Source: a virus. Taken from it: a stretch of 64,000 bases of DNA. Positions within the stretch are counted from its first letter, which is position 1, and the number at the start of each line of letters is the position of its first letter. This document shows, one piece after another, positions 45,298-53,918 of this stretch. A model generated the notes under the pieces. That model made no database searches. It was given only the letters and a program-made list of their open reading frames with translations, and was not told the DNA's origin. The DNA is taken from the IMG/VR virus record IMGVR_UViG_3300027852_000001, positions 1 through 64,000 of that record; one strand, 5' to 3'. Position numbers and translations under genes: made by a program.

Positions 45298-45489
45298 TTA
45301 CTCCACATGTTCGTAAGAAATTTTATCAATATGAACCTCAAGACCACAGGCATCACAAACCAACATATGGCCATCTACTGAAACCATTTCGTCAAACAAA
45401 TGCATATGTTGCGGACAGAATAGTTGTCTCCATACCTTTATTTGTTCGTCGGTCATATACGGATATGTTATCCCAACATATTTTTTCAT
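45298..45489 (-). CDS. hypothetical protein
   Basis: 63 aa with CPQH...CDACG. Confidence 0.45.
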   Translation of the reverse strand: MKKYVGITYPYMTDEQIKVWRQLFCPQHMHLFDEMVSVDGHMLVCDACGLEVHIDKISYEHVE

Positions 45490-45512
45490 ATAGTTTTTTT
45501 TGTTCCTTAGTA

Positions 45513-45758
45513 TTACTTATGGTTTCTTCCTGCACCAAGAGCTTCGTTAATCCTACATGCAATATCAAATCTCAGGTATTCTAGATTTAGGGTTAGATCA
45601 TCAACTGCTTCAGACGCTTTTTGAGCATTCTTTATATTTTCTTCGTGTCTCCGTCGAGTTTCTTCGACAAGATTTAGGAGAGATTGCTGTTGTTCTTCTG
45701 GAAGAGACTTAATTGTAATTAGTGCTTCTTCGATACATTTCTCGAAGTCAGATTGCAT
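45513..45758 (-). CDS. hypothetical helical protein
   Basis: 81-aa minus-strand ORF. Confidence 0.45.
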   Translation of the reverse strand: MQSDFEKCIEEALITIKSLPEEQQQSLLNLVEETRRRHEENIKNAQKASEAVDDLTLNLEYLRFDIACRINEALGAGRNHK

Positions 45759-45760
45759 TG

Positions 45761-46279
45761 TTATGAAACCTTTCTGATCTTTTTAATTCCTCGTCGTGAT
45801 CCATTGTTCCTGTTTGCAGCTCTTGTTGTTTTGTTCTGAGCTATTTTTTTCTCTGCTACCAACAGCCTGTCCTCACTTACCCTTGAGATATCGTCTTTAG
45901 TCCAACATCCACACTTAGTCCCCCAAATTTGTTTGGGGCGTCTGCTAGACACAGAAAGGGCTGATCTGGTATTTACTAGGGTATGTCTCTTTTTCTTTGG
46001 ATAACCATCAAGGCCAGTCTCGAATGCTACTTCGTCCTGTCTCGTTCTTCGTGTAGGAAAACCAAACGTTCCATCACCGCACGAATCTTTTTGCCATTGT
46101 GGTCCACCAAACTTTTTGCCATCCTTAACACGAACAGTGAACTCAGTCCTTGAATTTCCTGTTTTTCTAGCCCATTTCGCGCTTGTTCCACCGTTTTTGT
46201 TGTAACATTTTCCTTTGCTTGGAGGTTTTAGGGTTTTAGTTTTTGCATTACCGGAGCAACAAGAACACTTACTGGTCAA
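45761..46279 (-). CDS. hypothetical highly basic protein
   Basis: 172 aa, K/R-rich, with N-terminal CSCCSG. Confidence 0.5.
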   Translation of the reverse strand: MTSKCSCCSGNAKTKTLKPPSKGKCYNKNGGTSAKWARKTGNSRTEFTVRVKDGKKFGGPQWQKDSCGDGTFGFPTRRTRQDEVAFETGLDGYPKKKRHTLVNTRSALSVSSRRPKQIWGTKCGCWTKDDISRVSEDRLLVAEKKIAQNKTTRAANRNNGSRRGIKKIRKVS

Positions 46280-46668
46280 TTTTTGCCTCCGATTACTTTT
46301 ACGTATTCGTCTATTCCCATATCTTCATCGCAATTAGGACATAGAGGAAATCCGGAATAGAACAATTCATTCACGCCAACCTCAACAGATACATCAAGAC
46401 AATAGAAACATTTACATCTTATGATTACATCATCTATGGGATTTGTTGTATCTTTGACTTTAGATAATTCGCCAATTGGAGATGGAACTTCTTTCCAATC
46501 TTCAGCTACTAGAAGTTGTTCAACGACTGGGTTTTCCAAAGCGTCGTATTCTCCAAACCAAACATTGCAGTGTCCCCGAAAAACACCACCGCATTCATCA
46601 TTTGCCACAACAATACCTGTTCGGCCATCAGATACCATAACGAATTGTCTAAGTTGTCCTGTATCCAT
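46276..46668 (-). CDS. hypothetical protein
   Basis: 130 aa with CKCFYC...CPNC. Confidence 0.5.
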   Translation of the reverse strand: MDTGQLRQFVMVSDGRTGIVVANDECGGVFRGHCNVWFGEYDALENPVVEQLLVAEDWKEVPSPIGELSKVKDTTNPIDDVIIRCKCFYCLDVSVEVGVNELFYSGFPLCPNCDEDMGIDEYVKVIGGKN

Positions 46669-46759
46669 ATAAATTCCTACCAGTTATTATGGTTAGTTAT
46701 CCAGTCAGTAATTTTCTTGAGTTCTTCGCAAGACAAAGAAGGTGATAGAGATTTTTGCG

Positions 46760-47026
46760 TTACTGTTGTTCATCCATGTATTGTCTATACATATCTTCTA
46801 TGTCTTGTTGGTTTTGAAATTCGTCATCTACACAGAAGTTTTCAAGTATTTGCTCTCTTGTAACACTTACCCTATCTTCTGGGTGCTCTTGTTGTCCAAA
46901 TTCTTCGTATCTACTAAGTGCTATAACTGCTTCCTTAGCATACCCAGCTTGATAGATTGCATCCTCGATGTCGTCCCCTTCCAGCACCTCCACTTTTCCG
47001 TCTAGCCAAAATAGCTTAAATATCAT
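46760..47026 (-). CDS. hypothetical acidic protein
   Basis: Start moved to MIFKLFW (ATG at 47026), which overlaps the stop of the hand-found upstream ORF. Confidence 0.45.
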   Translation of the reverse strand: MIFKLFWLDGKVEVLEGDDIEDAIYQAGYAKEAVIALSRYEEFGQQEHPEDRVSVTREQILENFCVDDEFQNQQDIEDMYRQYMDEQQ

Positions 47027-47192
47027 TGATATTCTCGTATTTAGTTTGTTCTGGGACCGTATCGACTCCGTCACACCAAAGTCCTTCTTTTGTTGTTAAA
47101 TGTATTTCCATCAGGTATTTACCACCAGGGGAAACATAGACTTCGTGTTCTTCCTTACATACGCTACATACGCCTGTCATTGGTTGACTCAT
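47016..47192 (-). CDS. hypothetical small protein (not in the track, 58 aa)
   Basis: Hand translation: MSQPMTGVCSVCKEEHEVYVSPGGKYLMEIHLTTKEGLWCDGVDTVPEQTKYENINDI. Confidence 0.4.
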   Translation of the reverse strand: MSQPMTGVCSVCKEEHEVYVSPGGKYLMEIHLTTKEGLWCDGVDTVPEQTKYENINDI

Positions 47193-47342
47193 TTATCGGT
47201 TTCCTTCTCGTTCCTTTTTACAGACAGTGCATCTCCAGATCTGTGTTCCGTTTACTGGTGTCTTCCTTGGGTTATGGACTCTATTACCTGGTCCGTGAAA
47301 CTTATCCTGCGCCGCGTGCTGACAAGTACATTTCAAAATCAT
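47193..47342 (-). CDS. hypothetical small Cys-rich protein (not in the track, 49 aa)
   Basis: Hand translation: MILKCTCQHAAQDKFHGPGNRVHNPRKTPVNGTQIWRCTVCKKEREGNR. The stop abuts the next ATG. Confidence 0.45.
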   Translation of the reverse strand: MILKCTCQHAAQDKFHGPGNRVHNPRKTPVNGTQIWRCTVCKKEREGNR

Positions 47343-47351
47343 AGTTTCTCC

Positions 47352-47756
47352 TTATGAGTAGTGTTTAGCCAAAAACGGGATTGTTTTATAATTAAAATAT
47401 TTTTCATATGTTATAGGTTGGTTGTGCTCATGAAAATTTTTACGTTCAATTATAGATGACTCAAAACCATTGTATTGACAACAAAAATGACATAGTCTCC
47501 CAACATAAGTAAATCCAGGGCGTTCGACGAACTCTCTGTCTACATGATTTACTACTACCATCTCACCCTTGTGATTATAATAATAACAACAACTACTATC
47601 TGGACCACAGTTAGATATCCATCCGTGGAAGATATTAATACATGCACAACTATGCGGTTCATCAAACAGAGATTCTTGACCAAGACCGCGACACAATTGA
47701 CAGTATGGATTTGGTGGTGGAAGAATAAAAGAAGTTGGTCTTATATTTTGTTGCAT
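47352..47756 (-). CDS. hypothetical Cys/His-rich protein
   Basis: 134-aa minus-strand ORF. Confidence 0.5.
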   Translation of the reverse strand: MQQNIRPTSFILPPPNPYCQLCRGLGQESLFDEPHSCACINIFHGWISNCGPDSSCCYYYNHKGEMVVVNHVDREFVERPGFTYVGRLCHFCCQYNGFESSIIERKNFHEHNQPITYEKYFNYKTIPFLAKHYS

Positions 47757-47759
47757 TTA

Positions 47760-48110
47760 TTAATTCAATCCAATTATTTCTGTTTCTATTCCTCTCTTCT
47801 TGGCTTCTGTTACAATATGTTTTGTTCCTTTGGATGTTTCTATATTATCATGAAAAGCTATAAGTAGGTGTGGCTTTGTGTCTAACATCTTAATATTTCT
47901 TCGTGGTCCCGCTGATTTACCATATTTTTCCCATGCAGCAGGAAACTCTACAACTTCAAGACCGATGGATAGTGCAACTTCACGAGCCATTAAATCAGCA
48001 CCGTCGCATCCACCCTCTATGATTATTGTATCAGATGGTAGTTTGGATAACCTTCTTCGAATAATGTTTGGGTTCATCCAATTCCTACTGCCACACACCA
48101 CTACTTTCAT
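47760..48110 (-). CDS. SLOG-superfamily DUF2493 protein
   Basis: VVCGSRNW...IIIEGGCDGADLMAREVA...EFPAAWEKYGKSAGPRRNIKML...LIAFHDN matches the DUF2493 pattern along its length. Confidence 0.65.
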   Translation of the reverse strand: MKVVVCGSRNWMNPNIIRRRLSKLPSDTIIIEGGCDGADLMAREVALSIGLEVVEFPAAWEKYGKSAGPRRNIKMLDTKPHLLIAFHDNIETSKGTKHIVTEAKKRGIETEIIGLN

Positions 48111-48131
48111 AATGATTCATTTATCCCTTAT

Positions 48132-48206
48132 TGGGCCGAATGGGATTTGAACCCATGACCTCGTGTTTATAAGACGCGTGCTCTAACCAGGCTGAGCTAC
48201 CGGCCC
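48132..48206 (-). tRNA. tRNA-Ile(UAU): tRNA-Ile (anticodon UAU)
   Basis: 75-nt cloverleaf: GGGCCGG-UA-GCUC/AGCCUGGUUA/GAGC-A-CGCGU/CUUAUAA/ACACG-AGGUC-AUGGG/UUCAAAU/CCCAU-UCGGCCC-A. One C-A mismatch in the anticodon stem. Confidence 0.85.
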
Positions 48207-48215
48207 GTTCTGTGT

Positions 48216-48359
48216 TTATTTTCTCTTGTTTTTGATTGCGCAGTAAGCCCTAGCGTCACCATAGTTTTTGAACAATTCTACAGTTTTTCCATTTTCGTCT
48301 ACGGCTTTGTATGGGAAAGTTTGCGATTCACTATTTCTTTTTGGTTCAAGATATTTCAC
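48216..48359 (-). CDS. possible small protein (GTG start, 47 aa)
   Basis: Hand translation: VKYLEPKRNSESQTFPYKAVDENGKTVELFKNYGDARAYCAIKNKRK. No SD seen. Confidence 0.25.
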   Translation of the reverse strand: MKYLEPKRNSESQTFPYKAVDENGKTVELFKNYGDARAYCAIKNKRK

Positions 48360-48362
48360 ATG

Positions 48363-48617
48363 TTATCCATTCAAAATAAGCATGGCAATAAAAGTAATGA
48401 CAGCACCAGGAAGACATGCTTGTCCACCGACTGGTATTAGCATCATTAGTCCTCCGTGCCACCATTCTATACAAGGTGGCTTATCGTAGTATACTAGCCA
48501 TGTATTGATTGTGTAGGGCCAAAGACATGCTCCTACGGCAAAAACTGCTGCTAGAATTACAATCCATATAAGACCAAAACCACCGAAAAAACAAATCACT
48601 GACTTTAAAGTTGACAT
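48363..48617 (-). CDS. small membrane protein
   Basis: Start moved to MSTLKSV (AAGGAAG SD). TM FFGGFGLIWIVILAAVFAVGA. The track extension reads through the tRNA-like RNA. Confidence 0.55.
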   Translation of the reverse strand: MSTLKSVICFFGGFGLIWIVILAAVFAVGACLWPYTINTWLVYYDKPPCIEWWHGGLMMLIPVGGQACLPGAVITFIAMLILNG

Positions 48618-48656
48618 TTTTACTTCCTTTGTATACGATTTAAACATTCCAAATAA

Positions 48657-48800
48657 GCAGTGACGTGGGAGTTGAACCCAAGCTCGCGGTATTCCGGGAA
48701 CCGTAGCCAATTCACAGTCGGGGTTACACCGACACTTTGTTTCTCGACAATTAACTTAGCCGCCCGATTCGTTACCCCGCCGTCCGGGGTGCGCCACCGC
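48657..48800 (-). ncRNA. oversized tRNA-like RNA (about 144 nt) with extended acceptor and 6-bp D-stem
   Basis: GC-rich island. 5' GCGGUGGC pairs with 3' GUCACUGC (8 bp, 2 GU). This abuts a T-arm (U)UGGG-UUCAACU-CCCA(C). D-arm is ACCCCG-GACGG-CGGGGU. The middle is about 95 nt, with hairpin GUCGG-UGUAACC-CCGAC. Confidence 0.5.
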
Positions 48801-48805
48801 AAAAA

Positions 48806-49240
48806 CTAAGACAATAGTTCGTCAACAGACGGTAAACCGCTCAATACATCCCGAACTTGGTCTGCATCTTCTGCGAACTGAACATCAATCGTTGCTTTGT
48901 CTACAGCATTGTTCAATTTTGTTACTGCTTCGTTTTTCCGAGTTTCTTCTTTGGTGCAATGTGCTTCAAGTTGTTTATACCACTTGTAATATTCAGTTTT
49001 TATATCTCTTTCTTCCTTATTCAGACGATCATGTCTCTTCTTTAGTTGTTGGTATTCCCTAAGAAGGTTCGGAGGTAAAGCTTCAGCTTCTTCTGTCTCA
49101 ATGTCAGCAACACAATATTGCGATACAGAAGGATTACCATGTCGTCCAAGAAGAGGAAACTTCTTTTCAATAAAACTACGAATTTTCCCAGCTTCCTTTG
49201 ACACCATCTTACATAATAGATCTCGTTGTTTCTGATTCAT
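48806..49240 (-). CDS. hypothetical coiled-coil protein
   Basis: 144-aa minus-strand ORF. Confidence 0.5.
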   Translation of the reverse strand: MNQKQRDLLCKMVSKEAGKIRSFIEKKFPLLGRHGNPSVSQYCVADIETEEAEALPPNLLREYQQLKKRHDRLNKEERDIKTEYYKWYKQLEAHCTKEETRKNEAVTKLNNAVDKATIDVQFAEDADQVRDVLSGLPSVDELLS

Positions 49241-49257
49241 TTTTGTTTCCTTTGTTA

Positions 49258-49425
49258 TTATTCTAATTCAATCTCTTCCCAATCCAAACGACACCCAGGC
49301 CAATTACAAGTATTATTATGTTCTTCTTCGCAGTATTCTATAGCTTTTTCTTCGCTAGAAAATACTCTTAATGGGATTGAATTTCCATCATATCCCTGAT
49401 CTTCATAAACTACATATACTTTCAT
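49258..49425 (-). CDS. hypothetical small acidic protein (not in the track, 55 aa)
   Basis: Hand translation: MKVYVVYEDQGYDGNSIPLRVFSSEEKAIEYCEEEHNNTCNWPGCRLDWEEIELE. Confidence 0.4.
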   Translation of the reverse strand: MKVYVVYEDQGYDGNSIPLRVFSSEEKAIEYCEEEHNNTCNWPGCRLDWEEIELE

Positions 49426-49430
49426 GGATT

Positions 49431-49736
49431 TTACTCAGTTATTTTAATAGACATTTCTCGTGAAACAAATATCTTTGCGTAGTCCATATTCTCCTTTTCT
49501 GTACTGTCTATTTCTTCTCGCCACAGACTTTCAAAACTCCCATAATCACGAACAAAACCAGTGTTTAGGTCAACAAAAACACAATCTTCAATAAAATTGC
49601 TGTCTGTGGCACACGGTACTGCCCAGTGAAAAATTTTATCATTTTCAAATTTAAAGACATCTCCTGGTCCAATGTCTTGAAATTCCTGATATTCCTTCTT
49701 TTCACCCATATTTACTGAAACTTTTGTTAACGCCAT
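49431..49736 (-). CDS. hypothetical protein
   Basis: Start moved to MALTKVSV. Confidence 0.45.
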   Translation of the reverse strand: MALTKVSVNMGEKKEYQEFQDIGPGDVFKFENDKIFHWAVPCATDSNFIEDCVFVDLNTGFVRDYGSFESLWREEIDSTEKENMDYAKIFVSREMSIKITE

Positions 49737-49954
49737 GGATATTCCCTTTCTTTTTCTCTCTGTTCCCACAATCTACACATACCATCAGAATTAATGTCTT
49801 TACATAATGGATGTATATTAGAATGTTCTTTATGTACAGGGATTCTTCGTCCGGTTACTGGGTCGATATTTGACGGAAACTCAATATTTTTATGGGTACA
49901 GAAATGTTGAAAATTAAAATGGTGATATTTACAATCTACACATATTTTTTTCAT
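49727..49954 (-). CDS. hypothetical Cys-rich protein
   Basis: 75 aa with CVDCKYHH...C...C. Confidence 0.45.
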   Translation of the reverse strand: MKKICVDCKYHHFNFQHFCTHKNIEFPSNIDPVTGRRIPVHKEHSNIHPLCKDINSDGMCRLWEQREKEREYPWR

Positions 49955-50214
49955 TTCTTGCCCTTTAGATTTTCAAGAAACTTATGCCACTCATCTACTT
50001 GTGTTTTACTAGCTTCTTCGGGGTGATTGTCAGCCCATGACTGTAGCCAAGAAACAGGGTTTGGATTTGGCCTAATAGCACAGGCCCACATACAATGATT
50101 ATAAGAAAGCAGATATGGTGCATCATCTCCGAATGGTTTTCCGTTTGCATCTGGGCCATACAAAACCTGACACACATCTGCTAGCATCGCTGAAGTTTGT
50201 GAACTTGACAACAT
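49951..50214 (-). CDS. hypothetical protein
   Basis: 87-aa ORF with a 4-nt overlap. Confidence 0.45.
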   Translation of the reverse strand: MLSSSQTSAMLADVCQVLYGPDANGKPFGDDAPYLLSYNHCMWACAIRPNPNPVSWLQSWADNHPEEASKTQVDEWHKFLENLKGKK

Positions 50215-50219
50215 AATAT

Positions 50220-50477
50220 TTACCCACCATCCTTTTTATCGCATTTTACCATTTTCCAACAAGTTATTTTTTCGCTCAGCTTTCCACATTCTGCATCAAT
50301 AATAGTTCCTTCGCTTTGAATTTCTCCCAAAGAATTGATACATAAATTACCGTGAGACATATCGCTATCCAGGGTATGAGAAATCCTAAGAAGTCTTACT
50401 GCAAGTAAATTACACCTACTGCTTAGACTTTGACGAGTCAAGAATATCTCATGTTCCAATTGTTCATCCAATGTCAT
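50220..50477 (-). CDS. hypothetical protein
   Basis: 85-aa minus-strand ORF. Confidence 0.45.
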   Translation of the reverse strand: MTLDEQLEHEIFLTRQSLSSRCNLLAVRLLRISHTLDSDMSHGNLCINSLGEIQSEGTIIDAECGKLSEKITCWKMVKCDKKDGG

Positions 50478-50501
50478 TTTGTATTCCTCTGTTGTGAATT
50501 A

Positions 50502-50729
50502 TTAAAAATGTTTTACTGTCATTTGATTGCATACTTGCACAAGCTGTATTGCTACTCCAGGACTAATTGCTACCCCATTCCTTAGAGAAAAATACCACTT
50601 GAAGTCAAGACGATTACATCTAATAGTTCCAATTACCGTCTCTTGGTCGTCCTGCTCAACAACACTCCACATCCCCATTCCTATTTTTTCGGAAATTCCT
50701 ATTTTATTGTTCACATAATGAATATGCAT
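50502..50729 (-). CDS. hypothetical protein, paralogue family C
   Basis: VIGTIRCNRLDFKWYFS resembles MVGILEYRKESQTWFFS (60649..60870) and FGCIYQDNDSVWRFML (59519..59728). Confidence 0.45.
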   Translation of the reverse strand: MHIHYVNNKIGISEKIGMGMWSVVEQDDQETVIGTIRCNRLDFKWYFSLRNGVAISPGVAIQLVQVCNQMTVKHF

Positions 50730-50745
50730 TATCTGTGGTCCTGGG

Positions 50746-50961
50746 TTACTGTGGAAATAAAGTTTCCATTAAAGTGTGAAAAGCCATGTCTTGCTCTTGT
50801 TTGCTTGAATCTTCTGATTGATAGATGTCAATCATATCTCTAACAATTTTTTGTTCAACATCAGTTAGACTAAGATATAACTTAATGTATTTTGTAGCAA
50901 AATATGTCATTTCACTCTGTCGGCAAGCTAGTTTCCATTTTTCTCCATATTTATCGTCCAT
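50746..50961 (-). CDS. hypothetical protein
   Basis: 71-aa minus-strand ORF. Confidence 0.45.
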   Translation of the reverse strand: MDDKYGEKWKLACRQSEMTYFATKYIKLYLSLTDVEQKIVRDMIDIYQSEDSSKQEQDMAFHTLMETLFPQ

Positions 50962-51172
50962 TAGATTGTTTCCTATTTTCGATAAACTTTTCGAGAGTGA
51001 TAAGGTCTTGCCTTAGTGGACTAACGGCCAAATCCCATCTTGGTCCAAGCTCTGACAAAAAAGCAAACACAATTTTGGTTGCATTGTGGACTAGCTTCAG
51101 TTCTTCGTCAGTATATGATAATTGGTTGTGTAGCTTTCCAGCCTGCCGTGCTTGTTCTTGGTCTATTTTCAT
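50951..51172 (-). CDS. hypothetical protein
   Basis: 73-aa minus-strand ORF. Confidence 0.45.
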   Translation of the reverse strand: MKIDQEQARQAGKLHNQLSYTDEELKLVHNATKIVFAFLSELGPRWDLAVSPLRQDLITLEKFIENRKQSNGR

Positions 51173-51465
51173 CCAAAGACACCTCTAAGATTGTCATCGG
51201 TTTGTTTTCTGAGAAACTCTTCTACACTTTGTTTGTGGTTTGGTTTTACTGTTGGTTTGGTTGGTCCAATTATTTCATATTCATGTGGAAGTAGAAAAAA
51301 CCTACCCGAATCTAATTGCATTTCACACAACACTTCTTCTTTGCTGAAGTACAGCTGTTCGTTTCCACGGATAACTACCCCAATATTTCCAGCAGTGTAT
51401 ATTCCGTTAGGGTGATCATTTACCAATGCAATAGTATCACCAATACATGCTTTATGTCCTGCCAT
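51169..51465 (-). CDS. paralogue family A protein with conserved C-terminal ..DNLRxxFG tail
   Basis: Ends EEFLRKQTDDNLRGVFG. Start set to MAGHKAC. Confidence 0.55.
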   Translation of the reverse strand: MAGHKACIGDTIALVNDHPNGIYTAGNIGVVIRGNEQLYFSKEEVLCEMQLDSGRFFLLPHEYEIIGPTKPTVKPNHKQSVEEFLRKQTDDNLRGVFG

Positions 51466-51466
51466 A

Positions 51467-51850
51467 TTAACCACCAATAGTCATAATGAATTTATAAGGA
51501 ACTATTACCCAATCAGTAGACAATAGATGGTGTGGTTCTGGGTGCCATTTACCACAATAATGTTCTTCAACGAATAGTTCTATCTCTCGTTCTCCTAGTA
51601 CAATATACTTTTTATACCAAGAAGACATTTTCATTTTTAATCCAGGAGTTTCCATTATCATCGCCAGAGCTTCCCTGAATGGATATTGCTCTAGATAATT
51701 CATTCTATCTCGTGAATTCAATTTTCTTAGTGTTTCGGATGAAAGATCCCAACATGTACCACGAGTTTGTTCTTTCCCGTTTGGGGCGTAGATTACATGC
51801 CATTCACCAATAGTTCGTCGCGTGTAAAGTTTCTCGTGATTTTCTGTCAT
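51467..51850 (-). CDS. hypothetical protein
   Basis: 127-aa minus-strand ORF. Confidence 0.5.
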   Translation of the reverse strand: MTENHEKLYTRRTIGEWHVIYAPNGKEQTRGTCWDLSSETLRKLNSRDRMNYLEQYPFREALAMIMETPGLKMKMSSWYKKYIVLGEREIELFVEEHYCGKWHPEPHHLLSTDWVIVPYKFIMTIGG

Positions 51851-51859
51851 TGTTTTTTA

Positions 51860-52132
51860 TTATTCAGTTAGGTTGTCGAGGAGTCTTTCTTTCGCATTGG
51901 GGAACATAACTTCATATTCTGGATTTGGCTCACCAAGTTCATATTCGCTCCCACTTGATGTTACTACCAAGCCATCACCTGTCTTGTGTTTGATACTAGA
52001 AGTAAATATATTACGTCCATTCTCAAACCTGGGATGACCGAATACATTTCCTTGCAGTGACAGCTTAACAGTTTCCGGTGCCTGTGTCGGGGAAAAGCTT
52101 GGAGAAACAACAGCCCAGTTTTCGATTCGCAT
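51860..52132 (-). CDS. hypothetical protein
   Basis: Start moved to MRIENWAVV (ATG two nt after the upstream stop). Confidence 0.45.
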   Translation of the reverse strand: MRIENWAVVSPSFSPTQAPETVKLSLQGNVFGHPRFENGRNIFTSSIKHKTGDGLVVTSSGSEYELGEPNPEYEVMFPNAKERLLDNLTE

Positions 52133-52134
52133 AT

Positions 52135-52371
52135 TTATTCTCCGGTAAAATCTTTTAGTGGATCTGTTGGTCCACGCCAATCGTTGTATATGTCTACTCC
52201 GTATTTTACAACAGCCCACGCAAACTGTCTCGAATCTGGTTCTTCATTCATTGGTGTGCTAAGTAGATTGTCCTTTCCTGGACGAACAACCATAACTCGC
52301 ACCAATTCCTCGTCTGGGTCTATGATGACTACTTCAAGACCATCTGGTGTATACCCAAATGATTTATGCAT
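52135..52371 (-). CDS. hypothetical protein
   Basis: 78-aa minus-strand ORF. Confidence 0.45.
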   Translation of the reverse strand: MHKSFGYTPDGLEVVIIDPDEELVRVMVVRPGKDNLLSTPMNEEPDSRQFAWAVVKYGVDIYNDWRGPTDPLKDFTGE

Positions 52372-52408
52372 TTTATTTCTCTGTGTTAAACTGTTAATTT
52401 TTTAGGGG

Positions 52409-53170
52409 TTAAATATTCCACATTTTTACTTCTTCCTGGGCTTCTTGGTTTGTTATTTCTCCACTGCCAATATCTTTTAACCATCCAGATACCATTCGTG
52501 GCTTAGACATGAACCCTAGCAAATTATCCCATGTACTGAATCTTACCGTTCCAAGATGTGTAGAGTTTGAGGAAAATGCCTCAATATAGTATTCCTTCCA
52601 TTCATTATCAAAACCAATTCTAATACATGATTCCATATTTGTATCAACCCTTTCAGCCCTAGAAACTTTAGCTCTAGCCTTGGCTTCCTCTTGTTCTTGT
52701 TTTGCAGTATCCCATGGACATTCTGGTCCACCATCATCGTATTTTTTTAGATGTAAAGTTACATCATCTGCAGGAACCTTTGAGACTGGAGGAATAGATG
52801 GTAGAAACCTATCCATCCATTCTAGTCCACTAGGAATATGGCCGTGTTCTGCCAATTCTCTCATTGTACCGTAGTAGTTTGTTTCAGTATGGTGTGTTAC
52901 AATACTAATTTTAGAATGCCCACCAAAACATCTTTTCACGTATAACAATTGTGTTGCTAGGTAGTGATTTGCACGACCAACAAGTTCGTTGAAGGTTACT
53001 GACAATATATCAGCGTAACCAGTAGTAAATATAACATTAGCTTCGCACAACTGTGTCCTGGCTATGTTTAGGGCTTGTTGTTCGCTATCTGCTTCAATTT
53101 CACCATATGTTGGAGTAAAATTACCAATACTATTTATGTGTCTGGCCATATGACACGTTTTGTATTTCAT
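52409..53170 (-). CDS. hypothetical protein
   Basis: 253-aa minus-strand ORF. Confidence 0.55.
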   Translation of the reverse strand: MKYKTCHMARHINSIGNFTPTYGEIEADSEQQALNIARTQLCEANVIFTTGYADILSVTFNELVGRANHYLATQLLYVKRCFGGHSKISIVTHHTETNYYGTMRELAEHGHIPSGLEWMDRFLPSIPPVSKVPADDVTLHLKKYDDGGPECPWDTAKQEQEEAKARAKVSRAERVDTNMESCIRIGFDNEWKEYYIEAFSSNSTHLGTVRFSTWDNLLGFMSKPRMVSGWLKDIGSGEITNQEAQEEVKMWNI

Positions 53171-53367
53171 TGTATATCCTCAAATATAACAGCGAAGCAA
53201 GAAATCCCCTGATTTTATTTCAAGGGACTTTTTGCCACGCTGTCAAGTAATATGATCCATCAACGGTATGGCATATACGGCTGGGTTGCCTCCACCCTCC
53301 AGAGCTATACCTACGGAATCCGACGTAGAGGTACGCCTTATATTAAGTGACAACGTAGCGTCATCTG

Positions 53368-53883
53368 TTAGACGCCAACAGCTTCTAGAACACGAACATT
53401 TGGTCCTTTAGAAGCAATTTCATCATATCCATCATTACTTGGGCGATCTGGTGGACAGCCGTTACTACATGCATCCCCGATCAGTGTGATTTTTGTTTCA
53501 GGAAGTAGGTCTGACAATTCTTCTATTGTTGACCTTACACAAGCCATCTTGTTAACTCCGGTTACAACAATTTCTTCTGCATCACCTCTGTAACTGTGTA
53601 GCCAGTCATCAATAGCTCTCATGACTACTTCCCCTCCTCCATCTTCGTCTTTGTGAGCAATTCTTGCATTTCTGTAATCGGCTACCAAATCCATGAGGCA
53701 TGAGTGTGTCCTGTTTTTAACTTCGACACCCAATACACCCATTCCTCTTGTGTATTCCAGGAATAGAATCCCATCCCTTCTTTCCATTGCTGAGATGATT
53801 TCTCTACTTACGTTTTCCAACATCCAGTCGCTTCTAGAAGCAGAAAACCCAGGCTGCATATCAATTACCAAAAGAATGTTCAT
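53368..53883 (-). CDS. isochorismatase/cysteine-hydrolase-family protein (nicotinamidase-like)
   Basis: MNILLVIDMQPGF (family LVIDMQ.DF) and VVTGVNKMACVRSTI (catalytic Cys context). Confidence 0.5.
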   Translation of the reverse strand: MNILLVIDMQPGFSASRSDWMLENVSREIISAMERRDGILFLEYTRGMGVLGVEVKNRTHSCLMDLVADYRNARIAHKDEDGGGEVVMRAIDDWLHSYRGDAEEIVVTGVNKMACVRSTIEELSDLLPETKITLIGDACSNGCPPDRPSNDGYDEIASKGPNVRVLEAVGV

Positions 53884-53918
53884 TTTAATCCTTATGTTTG
53901 CTGAGTTTTCAATAATGT

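Noticed and set aside
48657-48800. tmRNA or a genuine tRNA-Sec, linked to the in-frame TGA at 56797.
   Set aside because: It is too short for tmRNA, and I found no resume-codon/tag ORF ending in a stop. No UCA anticodon loop exists, so selenocysteine decoding is unsupported. The resemblance is limited to helix lengths.
48618-48802. Track ORF 48620..48802 and the N-terminal extension of 48363..48710.
   Set aside because: They cover the GC-rich tRNA-like RNA. Their composition (R/G/P-rich) is unlike neighbouring proteins, and an SD-preceded ATG at 48617 gives a sensible membrane protein.
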